From: Candidatus Binatia bacterium
GTDB lineage: Bacteria > Desulfobacterota > Binatia > Bin18
Direction of reading: 5' to 3'
NCBI GenBank assembly: GCA_963664395.2
Contig: OY761159.2
Coordinates: 3,456,001-3,520,000, forward strand
Length of the DNA stretch: 64,000 nucleotides
Under the pieces are notes generated by a model. The model saw only the letters and a list, made by a program, of their open reading frames with translations. It had not been told where the DNA came from and did not search any database. The position numbers were made by a program, and so were the translations under genes. Below are positions 33,589 to 45,500 of this stretch, piece after piece. The first letter of the stretch is position 1; each line of letters starts with the position of its first letter.

Positions 33589-34098
33589 ATGAAGTGTCCC
33601 TTTTGTTCTCACCTGGAAAGTCGCGTCATTGACTCGCGTTTGAGCCGGGACGGTGATGTCACCCGTCGGCGGCGTGAGTGTGAGGAATGTGAGCGACGTT
33701 TTACGACCTATGAACGGGTTGAAGAAATTCTCCCTCTGGTCGTAAAGAAGGATGGGCGGCGGGAGACGTATGACCGGATGAAAATTATCACTGGTCTCAA
33801 AAAGGCGTGTGAAAAACGTCCGATCAGCATTGAGATCATAGAAAATATTGCGGATCACATAGAGCGGACACTCCAGGGACGAGGCGAGAAAGAAATATCG
33901 GGCGCCGTTATTGGTGAAGAAGTCATGCGCCGCTTGTATGATCTGGACAAGGTTGCGTATGTCCGGTTTTCTTCCGTGTATCGCTCTTTTCAAGATATTG
34001 ATGAGTTCATGTCCGAGCTCAAGGACTTAATTCGGGAACGCAGTACGGACGATGACAAACGGTCGCGAGGCGCGAAGCAGGAAAAGACAAGATCATGA
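33589..34098 (+). CDS. nrdR: Transcriptional repressor NrdR
   Basis: MKCPFC, RRRREC..C..RFTTYE and an ATP cone. Confidence 0.96.
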   Translation: MKCPFCSHLESRVIDSRLSRDGDVTRRRRECEECERRFTTYERVEEILPLVVKKDGRRETYDRMKIITGLKKACEKRPISIEIIENIADHIERTLQGRGEKEISGAVIGEEVMRRLYDLDKVAYVRFSSVYRSFQDIDEFMSELKDLIRERSTDDDKRSRGAKQEKTRS

Positions 34099-35186
34099 AC
34101 ACTGATGAAGTGTTTATGCAGCGCGCGGTGGACTTAGCCACGCGGGCGCAGGGGCGTACGAGTCCGAATCCCATCGTTGGTGCCGTTATTGTCCGCGGCC
34201 GTCGTATTATTGGCGAGGGGTATCACCGTCGGGCGGGACTGCCGCACGCTGAGATTGAAGCGCTGCGCAAAGCAACCCACGCGGTCCGTGGTACGACGGT
34301 CTACGTCAATCTGGAACCGTGCTCGCACTACGGCAGAACTCCCCCCTGTGCAAATGCCCTGATTGAGGCCGGCGTCGCGCGAGTGGTTGTTGGCATGACC
34401 GATCCGAACCCCTGTGTCCGTGGACGCGGTATTCGGCGCCTGCGTCGTGCTGGAATTGCGGTTACGACCGGTGTGCTCAAAGCGGTCTGCCAGCGCGCAA
34501 ACGAAGATTTTGCGGTTGCGATTCAAACCGGACGGCCCTTTGTCACCTTAAAATTGGCCGCTTCCCTCGACGGACGGATCGCTACCGCGAGTGGAGATGC
34601 CCGCTGGATTAGTGGGGATACGTCACGCCGCACAGTCCATGAGTTGCGCAACCATGTGGACGCAATACTGGTTGGAGCAGAAACGGTCAAAGCCGATGAT
34701 CCCCAGTTGACGTGTCGAATCCGTGGGGGGCGAGATCCCCTGCGCGTCATTCTTGACGGACGGCTCAGGATCAGCCCACAGGCTCAAGTGTGTTGTCTCT
34801 CTTCCAAAGCCGCGACTGTGATTGCAACGACACGCCGCGCCGCCCAACTCCGTGGGGCCGCCTTTGAGCAGCGCGGCGTTGAGGTCTTGGCCTTTCCCGG
34901 GAAGGGGGGGAAGATTTTGCTCCGACCGGTGCTCGAAACACTGGCTCAGCGCGGTGCGAAGCACGTCCTGATTGAGGGGGGCGGACAGATTGCGGCGGCA
35001 GCCTTGCGCGAAGGACTGGTGAATAAGCTCTTATTTTTTTATGGCGCCGTCCTGCTCGGCGGCGATGGGCGGGCCATGCTCGCTCCGTTAGGGGTTGGGC
35101 GGGTTGCCGAGGGAATAAAACTCCATACAATGCGGGTAGATCGAATTGGGCAGGATATGGTGGTATCAGGATACATTCGGACATAA
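34095..35186 (+). CDS. ribD: Bifunctional riboflavin deaminase/reductase
   Basis: PNPIVG, HAE, LEPCSH..RTPPC, ASLDG and IEGG. Confidence 0.95.
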   Translation: MNTDEVFMQRAVDLATRAQGRTSPNPIVGAVIVRGRRIIGEGYHRRAGLPHAEIEALRKATHAVRGTTVYVNLEPCSHYGRTPPCANALIEAGVARVVVGMTDPNPCVRGRGIRRLRRAGIAVTTGVLKAVCQRANEDFAVAIQTGRPFVTLKLAASLDGRIATASGDARWISGDTSRRTVHELRNHVDAILVGAETVKADDPQLTCRIRGGRDPLRVILDGRLRISPQAQVCCLSSKAATVIATTRRAAQLRGAAFEQRGVEVLAFPGKGGKILLRPVLETLAQRGAKHVLIEGGGQIAAAALREGLVNKLLFFYGAVLLGGDGRAMLAPLGVGRVAEGIKLHTMRVDRIGQDMVVSGYIRT

Positions 35187-35195
35187 GGAGTAGCT

Positions 35196-36419
35196 ATGTC
35201 AATCGCGTTATCACCAGTAGAAGAGGCGCTCCAACAGCTCAGCCAAGGAAAGATGGTTGTCTTGGTTGAAAACGACACTAGTGAAGGAGAAGCCGACCTG
35301 TGTCTGGCTGCTGATTCGACCACACCGGCTGGAGTCAACTTCATGGCAACCCATGGCCGTGGGTTGATTTGTTTGGCTCTGACAGAAGAGAAAATACGCG
35401 AGCTCGGGATTCCTATGCTCGGGCATGGACACGAAGGGAGTCGCCCCCGGGTCTTTGGTGCCTCGATTGAAGCCCGCCGTGGCGTCACAACTGGGATATC
35501 AGCCTACGACCGCGCGGTGACCATCACGACTGCGGTACGGGATGACGCTCGCCCGGCTGACCTCGTTATGCCAGGCCATGTCTTCCCGCTCTTTGCTCAC
35601 CGGGGTGGCGTGTTGGCTTGGCGTGGTTTATCTGAAGCCAGTATTGATCTGGTCCGACTGGCCGGCGTCAAGCCGGCGGCCACCTTATGCACAATTCTGC
35701 GCGACGATGGAGAGCTTGCCCAGGGCCAAGAGGTCGAAGCCTTTGCGCGCGAGCACGCCCTCCCGATTGTGAGCATAGCCAGCCTGACAACCTATCGTTT
35801 ACGGACAGAATCCGTCATTCACCGGGTGGGTGAGGGGGAAATCACGAGTCCGTTTGGCGGGAAATTTTTAGCCATCGTCTATCGAACCGAAGTCGATAGC
35901 CATGAACATATTGCCCTGGTCAAAGGGGAGATTGCTATCCCGGAGCCGATCTCTGTCCGGATTCATTCGCAATGTTTAACCGGTGATGTGTTTGGTTCCG
36001 AACGCTGTGATTGTGGCGAACAGCTCACGTATGCCATGGAGTATATTGCCGAGAAAGGCCGTGGTGTCGTTATCTATTTGCAGCAAGAGGGCCGCGGGAT
36101 TGGTCTGGCCAATAAGATCCGTGCCTATGCACTCCAGGATAAAGGGCTGGACACGGTTGAAGCCAACCTCCATCTTGGATTTGAGGAGGATCTCCGAGAT
36201 TATGGCATTGGGGCCCAGATTCTCCGTGATTTGCGTGTTTCGCAGGTGCGTTTGCTGACGAATAATCCGCAGAAAATTAGTGGGCTCGAAGAATACGGGG
36301 TGAAGGTCATTGAACGACAACCCATTGAGATGCCGCCCCACAAGGGTAATATTCACTATCTCCAGGCCAAGAAAGACAAACTGGGGCATTTATTCTCTGA
36401 GCTCAAACCGTTGCTCTAA
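35196..36419 (+). CDS. ribBA: RibB-RibA fusion: intact GTP cyclohydrolase II and a degenerate DHBP synthase domain
   Basis: RIHSQCLTGDVFGSERCDCG, QEGRGIGL and LLTNNP; N-domain shows GLICL, TTGISAYDR and PGHVFPL. Confidence 0.9.
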   Translation: MSIALSPVEEALQQLSQGKMVVLVENDTSEGEADLCLAADSTTPAGVNFMATHGRGLICLALTEEKIRELGIPMLGHGHEGSRPRVFGASIEARRGVTTGISAYDRAVTITTAVRDDARPADLVMPGHVFPLFAHRGGVLAWRGLSEASIDLVRLAGVKPAATLCTILRDDGELAQGQEVEAFAREHALPIVSIASLTTYRLRTESVIHRVGEGEITSPFGGKFLAIVYRTEVDSHEHIALVKGEIAIPEPISVRIHSQCLTGDVFGSERCDCGEQLTYAMEYIAEKGRGVVIYLQQEGRGIGLANKIRAYALQDKGLDTVEANLHLGFEEDLRDYGIGAQILRDLRVSQVRLLTNNPQKISGLEEYGVKVIERQPIEMPPHKGNIHYLQAKKDKLGHLFSELKPLL

Positions 36420-36460
36420 TCGCGTCAATTGGATGAACCATTGCTTGAATAGGGGAATAT

Positions 36461-36937
36461 ATGGCCCGGATCATTACTGGCAAGCTTGATGCCACGGGGA
36501 TGCGGTTCGGCGTCGTCGTGTCGCAGTTCAATAGTTTGATCACCGAGCGGTTACAGGCTGGCGTGATTGATGCCTTCTGCCGCCATGGCGCGCGGGACGA
36601 AGACATTGATGTGGTGTTGGTGCCTGGGGCGTTTGACATCCCCCTGTTTGCGAAGCAGATGGCAACCAGCGGGCGCTACAAGGCCGTGGTGTGTGTTGGG
36701 GCGATCATCAAAGGCGAGACGCCCCACTTCGATTATATTGCCGCTGCCATGACCCAGGGCATTAAAGAAATCATGCTCTCCTCCGGCGTGCCCGTCACAT
36801 TTGGGGTGTTGACCACGGACTCGGTTGAGCAGGCGCTTGACCGGGCGGGAGCAAAACTTGGGAATAAGGGCTGGGAAGCCGCGCTGTCCGCTATTGAGAT
36901 GGTCCACGCCCTCAGGGCGTTGCAGGACATCGAGTAA
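36461..36937 (+). CDS. ribH: 6,7-dimethyl-8-ribityllumazine synthase
   Basis: VPGAFDIP, IKGETPHFDY and NKGWEAA. Confidence 0.95.
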   Translation: MARIITGKLDATGMRFGVVVSQFNSLITERLQAGVIDAFCRHGARDEDIDVVLVPGAFDIPLFAKQMATSGRYKAVVCVGAIIKGETPHFDYIAAAMTQGIKEIMLSSGVPVTFGVLTTDSVEQALDRAGAKLGNKGWEAALSAIEMVHALRALQDIE

Positions 36938-36944
36938 GTATTGT

Positions 36945-37388
36945 ATGGGAGCCCGCGGAACCCGACGCCAGAAGCGTGAGTATGCCCTCCAAATCTTGTA
37001 CCAGATTGATGTCAGCGGGGTGACCCCGCGGCAGGCGCTCGCGCTATTCGAGCAGTGCTTTGCCCAAGCAACCGAGGTCCGGGGGTTTACCGCAGATTTG
37101 GTGAACGGGACATGGAGCGAGCGGCGGCAGCTTGACAGTATGATAGCCGATGCCGCCGAACACTGGCGGATCGGTCGTTTGCCCAAGGTTGATTTGAATC
37201 TTTTACGCCTCGGCGCGTATGAATTGGGAGCCTACCCCGACTTATCTGCGGGGGTAACGATTAACGAAGCAATTGAAATTGCTCGCCGCTATTGCAGTGA
37301 TGATGCGCCGACCTTTGTCAATGGTGTGCTCGATCGGATAGCAGGTGTTGTTGGGAAGAAAGCACAGCCGCATGAGTCTCTCGAATAA
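36945..37388 (+). CDS. nusB: Transcription antitermination factor NusB
   Basis: [18 protein letters not shown] and FVNGVLD. Confidence 0.93.
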   Translation: MGARGTRRQKREYALQILYQIDVSGVTPRQALALFEQCFAQATEVRGFTADLVNGTWSERRQLDSMIADAAEHWRIGRLPKVDLNLLRLGAYELGAYPDLSAGVTINEAIEIARRYCSDDAPTFVNGVLDRIAGVVGKKAQPHESLE

Positions 37389-40086
37389 GCCGTCCAACGG
37401 AGCCGCGCCGGAAACGCCCGCAGGCGGCAAAGTGCGCTATCAGCCCAGCGTCATCGAGCCCAAATGGCAGCGTTATTGGCTGGAGCACAAGACTTTTCGT
37501 GCTGAGATCGATCGGCACAAGCAAAAATACTACATCCTGGATATGTTCCCATATCCGAGTGCCGCCGGCCTGCACGTCGGACACCCTGAAGGCTATACCG
37601 CAACCGATATCCTGGCCCGCTATAAGCGCATGCGGGGATATAATGTCCTGCATCCCATGGGCTGGGATGCGTTCGGACTGCCGGCGGAACAATATGCGAT
37701 TGAGACGGGCACGCATCCGCGTGAAACAACGGCCCGCAATATCGATACCTTTCGGCGTCAAATCCAAGCCCTGGGCTTTTCCTACGATTGGGACCGGGAG
37801 ATTGCTACTTGTGCGCCTGATTACTATCGCTGGACGCAATGGATTTTCCTCAAACTCTATGAGCGCGGTCTGGCCTATATGGCAGAGGTAGCGGTCAATT
37901 GGTGTCCGGCCCTGGGCACGGTACTGGCCAATGAAGAAGTGATAGACGGCAAGAGTGAGCGCGGCGGACACGAGGTCATCCGCAAGCCCATGCGGCAGTG
38001 GATGCTGCGGATTACGGCCTATGCGGAACGGCTGTTAGCCGGACTCGACGACCTGGATTGGCCGGAAAATGTCAAGGAAATGCAGCGCAACTGGATCGGG
38101 CGGAGTGAGGGCGCCCGTATTCGTTTCCGGCTGTGTCACGGCGATGGTACTGCGTTTGCGGAAGAGGATGCCTTTTTCGATGTCTTTACCACGCGCCCGG
38201 ATACGCTGTTTGGCGCGACCTATTGTGTCCTGGCCCCGGAACATCCCTTGGTTGAGCGTATCACCACCCCGAAAAATCGGGACGCGGTTGCGGCGTATAC
38301 ACAAGAGGCGCTACGCAAGTCCGACCTGGCCCGCACGGAATTGGTGAAAGAAAAGACCGGGGTCAACACGGGCGGCTATGCATTGAACCCCGTTAATGGC
38401 GAGCCGATTCCGATTTGGGTCGCCGACTATGTCCTGTTCACCTATGGAACCGGGGCGATTATGGCTGTGCCGGGCGGAGACGAGCGAGACTGGGCTTTTG
38501 CCCGCCAGTTTGACATCCCGATTGTTGAAGTGGTCCAGGGTGGGGATATCGAAACCGGAGCCTATACCGGAGACGGACCCCATGTGAACTCGGGCTTTTT
38601 GGATGGTCTCGACGTAGCCGCAGCCAAGAAAAAGATGCAGGCCTGGCTGGAGGAAAACGGACACGGCGAAGGCACGGTGAACTATAAGCTGCGGGACTGG
38701 CTGTTCAGTCGCCAGCGGTATTGGGGCGAGCCGTTTCCGATTCTCCATATAGACGGACAACCTCAGCCGCTTGCGCCACATGACCTGCCCGTACTCCTAC
38801 CCGAAGTCGAGAGTTTTCGACCAACCGGAACCGGCGAGCCGCCGCTGGCCGCGGCTCGGGGGTGGGTGGAGACGACCGAACCGGCATCGGGTCAGCCGGC
38901 GTTACGGGAAACAAACACTATGCCCCAGTGGGCCGGGAGCTGCTGGTACTTTTTGCGTTTCCTGGACCCGCAGAATGCGGACAAGCCGTGGGACGCGGAC
39001 CCGGAGCAATACTGGATGCCGGTGGATTTATATGTAGGGGGAGTGGAGCATGCCGTGCTGCACTTGTTGTATGCCCGTTTTTGGCACCATGTCCTGTATG
39101 ACTGTGGCCTTGTATCCACCCCTGAACCGTTCCAGCGCTTGGTCAATCAAGGTATGATCCTGGGCTTCAGTTATCGGTACTACCAAGACGAGCAGGGTCA
39201 TCGCTATGCGGCGCACGCCGTTGAGAAGATCACTCGAGACGGCAGCGAGGGGGCCGAGTACTCGCTCAAGGCGGACCCGACGAAACACCTCAGTGTGGAG
39301 TATGTGCCGGTAGACCAAGTGGTGTGGCGAGACGACAAGCCCTATCACCCGGATGATACGGACCTGGAACTGGAGCCCCAAACCGACAAAATGTCGAAAT
39401 CGCGGGGCAATGTCGTGAATCCTGATGTCGTGATTGCGGAGTATGGGGCCGATGCGTTGCGCTGCTATGAGATGTTTATGGGGCCGCTGGAACAGGTCAA
39501 GCCATGGAATACGCGCTCCGTTGCCGGGGTGTATCGTTTCCTGCACCGGGCCTGGGCGTTGATTGTCGCCGACACCGGCAGCCTGCGCTCGGACATTGCC
39601 GACATGGAACCGCAGCCCGACGCAGCGCTCACCCGCCTCTTTCATAAAACGGTGAAAAAGGTCAGGGAAGACATCGAAGGTATGCGCTTCCACACCGCGC
39701 TGAGCGCCCTGATGGTGTTTGTGAACGACGCGCAAAAGGCGGCTCGCCTGCCGCGGGTGCTGGCTGAGGGCTTTGTGCTGTTGCTCGCTCCCTTTGCGCC
39801 CCATCTGGGCGAAGAATTGTGGCAGCGTCTTGGGCACGCGGATACCCTGACATACGAAACCTGGCCGGCGTACGACCCGGAGCTCACTCAGGATGATACG
39901 GTCACCATCGCGGTACAGGTCAACGGAAAATTCCGGGCGACCATCGAACTTGCCGCTGACGCGGATAAAGAAGCGACCTTAGGCGCGGCTCGAAACCAAG
40001 ACAAAGTGGCCGCATATTTAGCCGGCAAGACCATCCGGCGCGAAATCGTTGTGCCGGGGCGACTGGTGAACTTCGTTATCGCCTAG
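37372..40086 (+). CDS. leuS: Leucine--tRNA ligase
   Basis: MFPYPS..GLHVGH, KMSKS and editing-domain FTTRPDT. Confidence 0.97.
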   Translation: MSLSNKPSNGAAPETPAGGKVRYQPSVIEPKWQRYWLEHKTFRAEIDRHKQKYYILDMFPYPSAAGLHVGHPEGYTATDILARYKRMRGYNVLHPMGWDAFGLPAEQYAIETGTHPRETTARNIDTFRRQIQALGFSYDWDREIATCAPDYYRWTQWIFLKLYERGLAYMAEVAVNWCPALGTVLANEEVIDGKSERGGHEVIRKPMRQWMLRITAYAERLLAGLDDLDWPENVKEMQRNWIGRSEGARIRFRLCHGDGTAFAEEDAFFDVFTTRPDTLFGATYCVLAPEHPLVERITTPKNRDAVAAYTQEALRKSDLARTELVKEKTGVNTGGYALNPVNGEPIPIWVADYVLFTYGTGAIMAVPGGDERDWAFARQFDIPIVEVVQGGDIETGAYTGDGPHVNSGFLDGLDVAAAKKKMQAWLEENGHGEGTVNYKLRDWLFSRQRYWGEPFPILHIDGQPQPLAPHDLPVLLPEVESFRPTGTGEPPLAAARGWVETTEPASGQPALRETNTMPQWAGSCWYFLRFLDPQNADKPWDADPEQYWMPVDLYVGGVEHAVLHLLYARFWHHVLYDCGLVSTPEPFQRLVNQGMILGFSYRYYQDEQGHRYAAHAVEKITRDGSEGAEYSLKADPTKHLSVEYVPVDQVVWRDDKPYHPDDTDLELEPQTDKMSKSRGNVVNPDVVIAEYGADALRCYEMFMGPLEQVKPWNTRSVAGVYRFLHRAWALIVADTGSLRSDIADMEPQPDAALTRLFHKTVKKVREDIEGMRFHTALSALMVFVNDAQKAARLPRVLAEGFVLLLAPFAPHLGEELWQRLGHADTLTYETWPAYDPELTQDDTVTIAVQVNGKFRATIELAADADKEATLGAARNQDKVAAYLAGKTIRREIVVPGRLVNFVIA

Positions 40087-40120
40087 CGTCTTGTTGAAGA
40101 CTTCCCGGCGCAGGTCTTTC

Positions 40121-40699
40121 ATGAAGAAAGTGTGTTCCATTTTGATCGCCGTGTGTGCCTGCCTGTGGAGCGCGTGTGGCTATCATTTTTCTGGGGTCAC
40201 CTCCTTGCCGCAGGGCATCGACAGTGTGAGCTTTGCTGAATTCTCCAATCATACGCTTGAGACCGGTGTGGAAAAGGAACTCCAGTGGGCCATTGAGCGA
40301 GAGTTTCGGACGCATAGGAATATTCGGATAACCGACATTGGCGAAGGTGTGGTCTCCGTCCAACTCCAGAGGTTAGACCTGCGTCCGTTTTCATTTGACC
40401 GCCGCGCTCAGGTCCTTGAGTACGAAATGGTGCTTGCCCTCGATATCCAGCTCACCGACCGAGGGAGCGGGAAAGTCCTGTGGCAGGCAAACGATCTGCG
40501 GGTGACGGAATATTACAGCGCTATTCCCCAGGTCTTGGTGACGACCTCGCCTGAATTTCTGCAGGGAACGCTCGACCCTGGAGACCTGCCTGGCCTCACG
40601 GACGTGCAGTTCTCGGAGACGCAACGCCGCCTCACCATTACGCGCCTCTTTGCAGCGGCAGCACGTGAAGTCTATTTTCGCTTGGGCGACAATTTCTAA
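40121..40699 (+). CDS. lptE: LPS-assembly lipoprotein LptE
   Basis: Lipobox SACGY, FSNHTLETGVE; canonical position after leuS. Confidence 0.8.
   Translation: MKKVCSILIAVCACLWSACGYHFSGVTSLPQGIDSVSFAEFSNHTLETGVEKELQWAIEREFRTHRNIRITDIGEGVVSVQLQRLDLRPFSFDRRAQVLEYEMVLALDIQLTDRGSGKVLWQANDLRVTEYYSAIPQVLVTTSPEFLQGTLDPGDLPGLTDVQFSETQRRLTITRLFAAAAREVYFRLGDNF
40661..40699 (+). repeat. Left direct repeat (attL-like); the last 13 codons of lptE
   Basis: GCACGTGAAGTCTATTTTCGCTTGGGCGACAATTTCTAA; 37/39 identical to 51954-51992. Confidence 0.9.
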
Positions 40700-40949
40700 C
40701 TGTTTTTACTCTACCTCTGTATTGGTGGAGTTGCTGTTCCGCGTCCACGGATGAGGATTCCGATTCAGGGCGGCCCTGCTCCCCTCTCGGGAGGGGTGGC
40801 CGTAGGCCGGGGTGGGTCTCCCCCCAGGTACGCCCATATTTGAGAGATAAGAGCTGAGCAGCGGTCAAGTGAGCTTGACTCATACATGCCGATTGTTACC
40901 ATCTCGCATTTCCAGCAGTCGGTCCTTTTCCCGAGAGAGGAAATATCAC

Positions 40950-41414
40950 ATGCCCCGCAACGACCAAGTCATGCGCCAGTTGGTGCTGTTGCAGAAGTTA
41001 GACGGCTCCCGAGGAGCGACGCTACAAGAGTTGGCCGCATCCCTGCCTGAAGATTTATCGCGCCATCCGCGGACTATTCGGCGCGACCTCGAAGCTCTGG
41101 AACTCCGTTTTCCTCTGGTCATAGAGCAGAGAAACGGTCAAACGCGCTGGCGTCTCATGGACGGCTATCGCACGGCGCTTCCCCTGACGCTATCGGCAAC
41201 GGAACTCATGGCTCTGGTCTTCAGCCGAGATTTGCTGAAACCCCTGGAGGGGACTGAAATCAAGGCATCTCTGGACTCGGCCCTCAACAAGGCTGCGGCA
41301 GCGCTGCCGACTGACGGGGTGCGGCACCCTGAGCAGCCCCAGGGACATTTTTCTGTTGGGCTGGGCTCTCACAAGAACTACCGTCAACATCGACGTACCA
41401 TAGACCAACTCTCA
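40950..41414 (+). pseudogene. HTH-WYL (PafBC-like) transcriptional regulator, truncated before the WYL domain
   Basis: wHTH TLQELA...RTIRRDLEALE and linker LSATELMAL...LDSALNK. The family-like sequence ends at TIDQL, where a REP-like palindrome begins. Confidence 0.75.
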
Positions 41415-41417
41415 TAT

Positions 41418-41451
41418 CCCCTCTCCCCCTGGGAGAGGGTTAGGGTGAGGG
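41418..41451. repeat. REP-like palindrome at the WYL truncation point
   Basis: CCCCTCTCCCCCTGGGAGAGGGTTAGGGTGAGGG (stem CCCTCTCCC/GGGAGAGGG); a related element lies at 40779-40817. Confidence 0.6.
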
Positions 41452-41468
41452 AGAAAGGAACGCAGCGT

Positions 41469-41594
41469 ATGCCCTCGATTGATTTAGCGTTTCGCCTGAC
41501 TGGATCAGCCGTTCCGGTTGACCACGGCTATGCGTTGTACGCCGCGCTAGGCCGGATGCTGCTCTCAACCTTCAGCAAAATATCCGCCTCTTAA
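41469..41594 (+). pseudogene. cas6: N-terminal remnant of a Myxan-type (type I-B) Cas6/Cmx6
   Basis: MPSIDLAFRLTGSAVPVDHGYALYAALGR with its own RBS (GAAAGGA); matches the DL.F...G..+P.DHGY.LY.AL N-terminus I recall for Cas6/Cmx6. Confidence 0.7.
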
Positions 41595-41611
41595 ATAGAA
41601 GGACCATTTTT

Positions 41612-42598
41612 ATGGATGATTTCTCACCGTCTGATCTCAAAACCATTCTCCACTCAAAACGTGCCAATATGTACTACCTTCAACACTGTCGGGTATTGGT
41701 TAATGGCGGCCGAGTGGAATACGTAACCGATCAGGGTAAACAGTCGCTCTACTGGAATATTCCAATCGCCAATACGACATCTTTGCTTTTGGGGACGGGC
41801 ACCTCAATAACACAAGCAGCTATGCGCGAATTAGCCAAGGCTGGAGTATTGGTCGGGTTTTGCGGCGGTGGAGGCGCACCGCTGTTTGCGGCAAACGAAG
41901 TCGAAGTAGAAGTAGAAGTGTCTTGGCTTAGTCCACAGAGTGAGTATCGGCCTACGGAGTATTTACAGCACTGGGTCAGCTTCTGGTTTGACGAAGGCAG
42001 CCGTGTTGCCGCTGCGAAAGCGTTTCAACGCGTGCGCTTTGAACAGATTAGAAAACACTGGTTTGACTCAACAATGCAACGGGAAAGCGCATTTGGTCTC
42101 AGCGCCGCTGATCTCATTGCGATTCTTGATACGACACAAAAATCGCTGGAATCGTGTCAAACAACCAATGCCATTCTTTCGCTGGAGGCCCAGATTACAA
42201 AGCGCCTGTACAGACTCGCGGTCAATGCTGTTGGCTATGGAGAGTTCGTCCGCGCAAAACGTGGCTCAGGCTCCGATCTGGCCAATCGATATCTTGACCA
42301 TGGGAATTATCTCGCTTACGGATTAGCGGCCACCGCGGCTTGGGTACTTGGCTTACCTCATGGTCTCGCTGTACTGCACGGAAAAACCAGGCGTGGAGGG
42401 CTGGTTTTTGATATTGCCGATCTGGTGAAGGACGCTCTGGTCCTCCCGCAATCCTTCATTTCTGCAATGGCCGGTCAAGATGAACAAGAATTTCGCCAAG
42501 CCTGCATCCAACGATTCAACCAAGCCGAAGCGTTAGACACCATGATAGACTCAATCAAGTCTGCTGCCATTGAGTTCAGTAAAGTGCCGAAGCCATGA
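41612..42598 (+). CDS. cas1: Type I-F CRISPR-associated endonuclease Cas1
   Basis: ILHSKRANMYYLQHCRV, YWNIPIANT, LDHGNYLAYG and HGKTRRGGLVFD. Confidence 0.97.
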   Translation: MDDFSPSDLKTILHSKRANMYYLQHCRVLVNGGRVEYVTDQGKQSLYWNIPIANTTSLLLGTGTSITQAAMRELAKAGVLVGFCGGGGAPLFAANEVEVEVEVSWLSPQSEYRPTEYLQHWVSFWFDEGSRVAAAKAFQRVRFEQIRKHWFDSTMQRESAFGLSAADLIAILDTTQKSLESCQTTNAILSLEAQITKRLYRLAVNAVGYGEFVRAKRGSGSDLANRYLDHGNYLAYGLAATAAWVLGLPHGLAVLHGKTRRGGLVFDIADLVKDALVLPQSFISAMAGQDEQEFRQACIQRFNQAEALDTMIDSIKSAAIEFSKVPKP

Positions 42599-45500
42599 AT
42601 ATATTACTGATCTCTCAGTGCAATAAAAAAGCCTTGGTCGAAACGAGACGTGTTCTGGACCAATTTGCAGAACGCAAGGGTGAGCGTACCTGGCAAACAG
42701 CGATCACGCTGCAAGGTTTGCAGACACTCCGCAAAATGTTGAAAAAGTCAGCGCGGAGGAATACCGCCGTGGCCTGCCACAGAATCGGCGGGAAGAATTA
42801 TAGTGAATTGCTGTGGGTTGTGGGCAACACCAATAGGTTCAATACCGAAGGCACCATACCAACCAATTTCACCAGTCGGGACGTACTGAAGACGGATGAT
42901 GAGAACCAATGGCACACGGCAGAAGACATCGCCTTGCTTGCCGCGCTTGCCGCGCTGTTTCACGATTTTGGTAAAGCAAATGCGCTGTTCCAGAAAAAGC
43001 TGAAAGAACACAGAAACCTCTCGGAACCTTATCGTCACGAATGGGTGAGTTTAAGAATGTTCCAGTCTTTTGTTCGTGAAGATATGGACGAACAATGGCT
43101 GAGTCGATTGACCAAAGTTTCGAGTGAAGATGACGCACCCCTTTTGCAGTATCTCGAAACAATACAAGACCATCCAGACACGTTTCGTGCCCAACCATTC
43201 ACCGCCATGCCTCGCCTCGCTCAGGCTGTAGGCTGGCTCATCCTCACCCATCATAAATTACCCCGCTCGGTCGATCCTGTAGTAAACCTCAAGTGGATTT
43301 CCAACTTTCTGCACCAATCACTGTTGCCGAATTGGAATTCACCCCAAATCGCGACATATAAAGGCCACGATCTGACGGCTGCCATGAGAAAGGAATTACA
43401 CCAAGTCTGGCACTTCCCGGCAGGTACTCCATTTAGAAGCGACACGTGGTGCTCAAAAGCGCAGCGGATAGCTCGACGGCTGCTTGGCCGTCAGAGTATT
43501 TTTGTGCGTGACTGGCTTGATGACAGCTTCAGCATACATGTTTCGCGCATGGCGCTGATGCTGGCCGACCACCATTATTCGTCTTGTCCCAGCACCCCTG
43601 CCTATGGCGATGCCCGTTATACAGCGTATGCAAACACCGACAGAAAAACACGTCAATTAAAACAACAACTCGATGAACACCTGGTAGGCGTCTACAAACA
43701 TAGTTTGTGGCTTGTGCGCACCCTCCCAGGGCTGAGGAACACCCTGCCGGCAATCGGGCGGCATTCTGCCTTCAAGAGACGCACGCGGGACGGACGATTT
43801 CTCTGGCAGAACAAGGCCTATGACCTGGCCTATTCCCTGAAGGACCAGGCTCAGGCAGGCGGTTTTTTTGGGGTCAACATGGCGTCAACCGGTTGTGGCA
43901 AGACTTTCGCCAACGCGCGAATCATGTACGCCCTGGCTAATGAAAAACGCGGCTGTCGGTTTAGTGTTGCGTTGGGTTTACGAACCCTGACGCTACAGAC
44001 CGGCGACGCCTTCCGGCAGATATTGAATTTGGACGAAGACGATATGGCAGTTCTGATCGGTTCCGCTGCGGTCCGTAAACTCCATGAAGAGAAAAAGAAA
44101 GATGAAGATAATTTCAGCGGCTCAGAATCTGCTGATCCACTATTGGATACGGACTATCACGTGAGATATGAGGGGGCGCTTGCTGATAGTGCCCTCAGAC
44201 GCTGGTTAGAAGCCTCACCAAAACTCAACAGCATGGTCAGTGCGCCTATACTGGTCAGCACCATAGATCATCTCATGCCGGCGACGGAAGGCACTCGCGG
44301 CGGCAGGCAGATTGCCCCTATGCTCCGCCTGCTTACCTCAGACCTTGTGTTGGATGAGCCGGATGAATTTGGGCTGGCGGATGTGCCGGCGCTGACCCGC
44401 CTAGTGTATTGGGCTGGAATGCTGGGCAGCAAAGTCGTTCTGTCTTCCGCAACTCTGGCGCCCGCTCTCGTTGAAGGACTCTTCAAGTCGTATAGCGCCG
44501 GGCGGAATGCCTATAACAACAGTTGCGGGGACCCCCATCATCAGCCGCCTGTCTGCTGTGCCTGGTTTGATGAGACGAAGGCCGAGCACGCAACAATTGC
44601 CAATGCGGAAGATTTTTGTCAGCAGCACTCCGTCTTCACAGATAAACGTGCGGCTAGACTGGCGAACCTCCCTCCAAAACGAAAAGCCGAATTGTTGCCG
44701 CTGCCTGGCCAGACACAGAGCGCTCATGATGCGATAGCCACCTTCGGTGAGGCCATATCTGAAGGCATGCGGCAACTACATCAGCAACACTATCAGGAGA
44801 ATCGGGAGAACAATAAAAAGGTCAGCATCGGCTTGGTACGTATGGCCAACATCAGGCCACTCGTTGCAGTGGCGAAGTACCTGCTTCAATCGTCACCCCC
44901 GACTGATACGACTGTCCACTACTGCATTTACCACAGCCGGTTTCCACTGATTGTTCGTTCTGAAACCGAAGGTATTCTCGATGCGGTACTGAACAGAAAA
45001 GACCCGAAGAATATCTGGCAATTCCCCACCATCAAAAACGCGCTCAAGAGCACCGATACCACACACCATATATTTGTCGTGTTAGCCTCGCCCGTAGCCG
45101 AAGTAGGACGCGACCACGATTACGATTGGGCCATAGCCGAACCAAGCTCCATGCGCTCAATAGTGCAACTGTCCGGGCGTGTTCTGCGTCATAGAGATAC
45201 GCTGCCGGGAAAGCCGAACGTGCTCCTGCTGGAAAAGAACTACAGAGGCATGACAGGCAAACGGCCTGCTTTTTGTCGTCCCGGTTTCGAGCATAAAGAC
45301 AGGCCGCTTCAAACACGGAAATTGTCAAACAATTTACTCCCCGAGCAATATCGCGTGATCGACGCACGGCCCTGCCTCGTTCCGAGACCCCCCCTCCTTC
45401 CTACTCAAAACCTGGCTGATATGGAGCACAGAGAAATTTCTTTAACTTTCGACGACCCTGAAGATCCGCGTACCCCTCACGCCTTACAATGGCTCAAGCC

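Noticed and set aside
41897-41920. GAAGTA-like microrepeat giving EVEVEVEV in Cas1
   Set aside because: It is in frame and in what is probably a variable loop, so no functional consequence can be supported.
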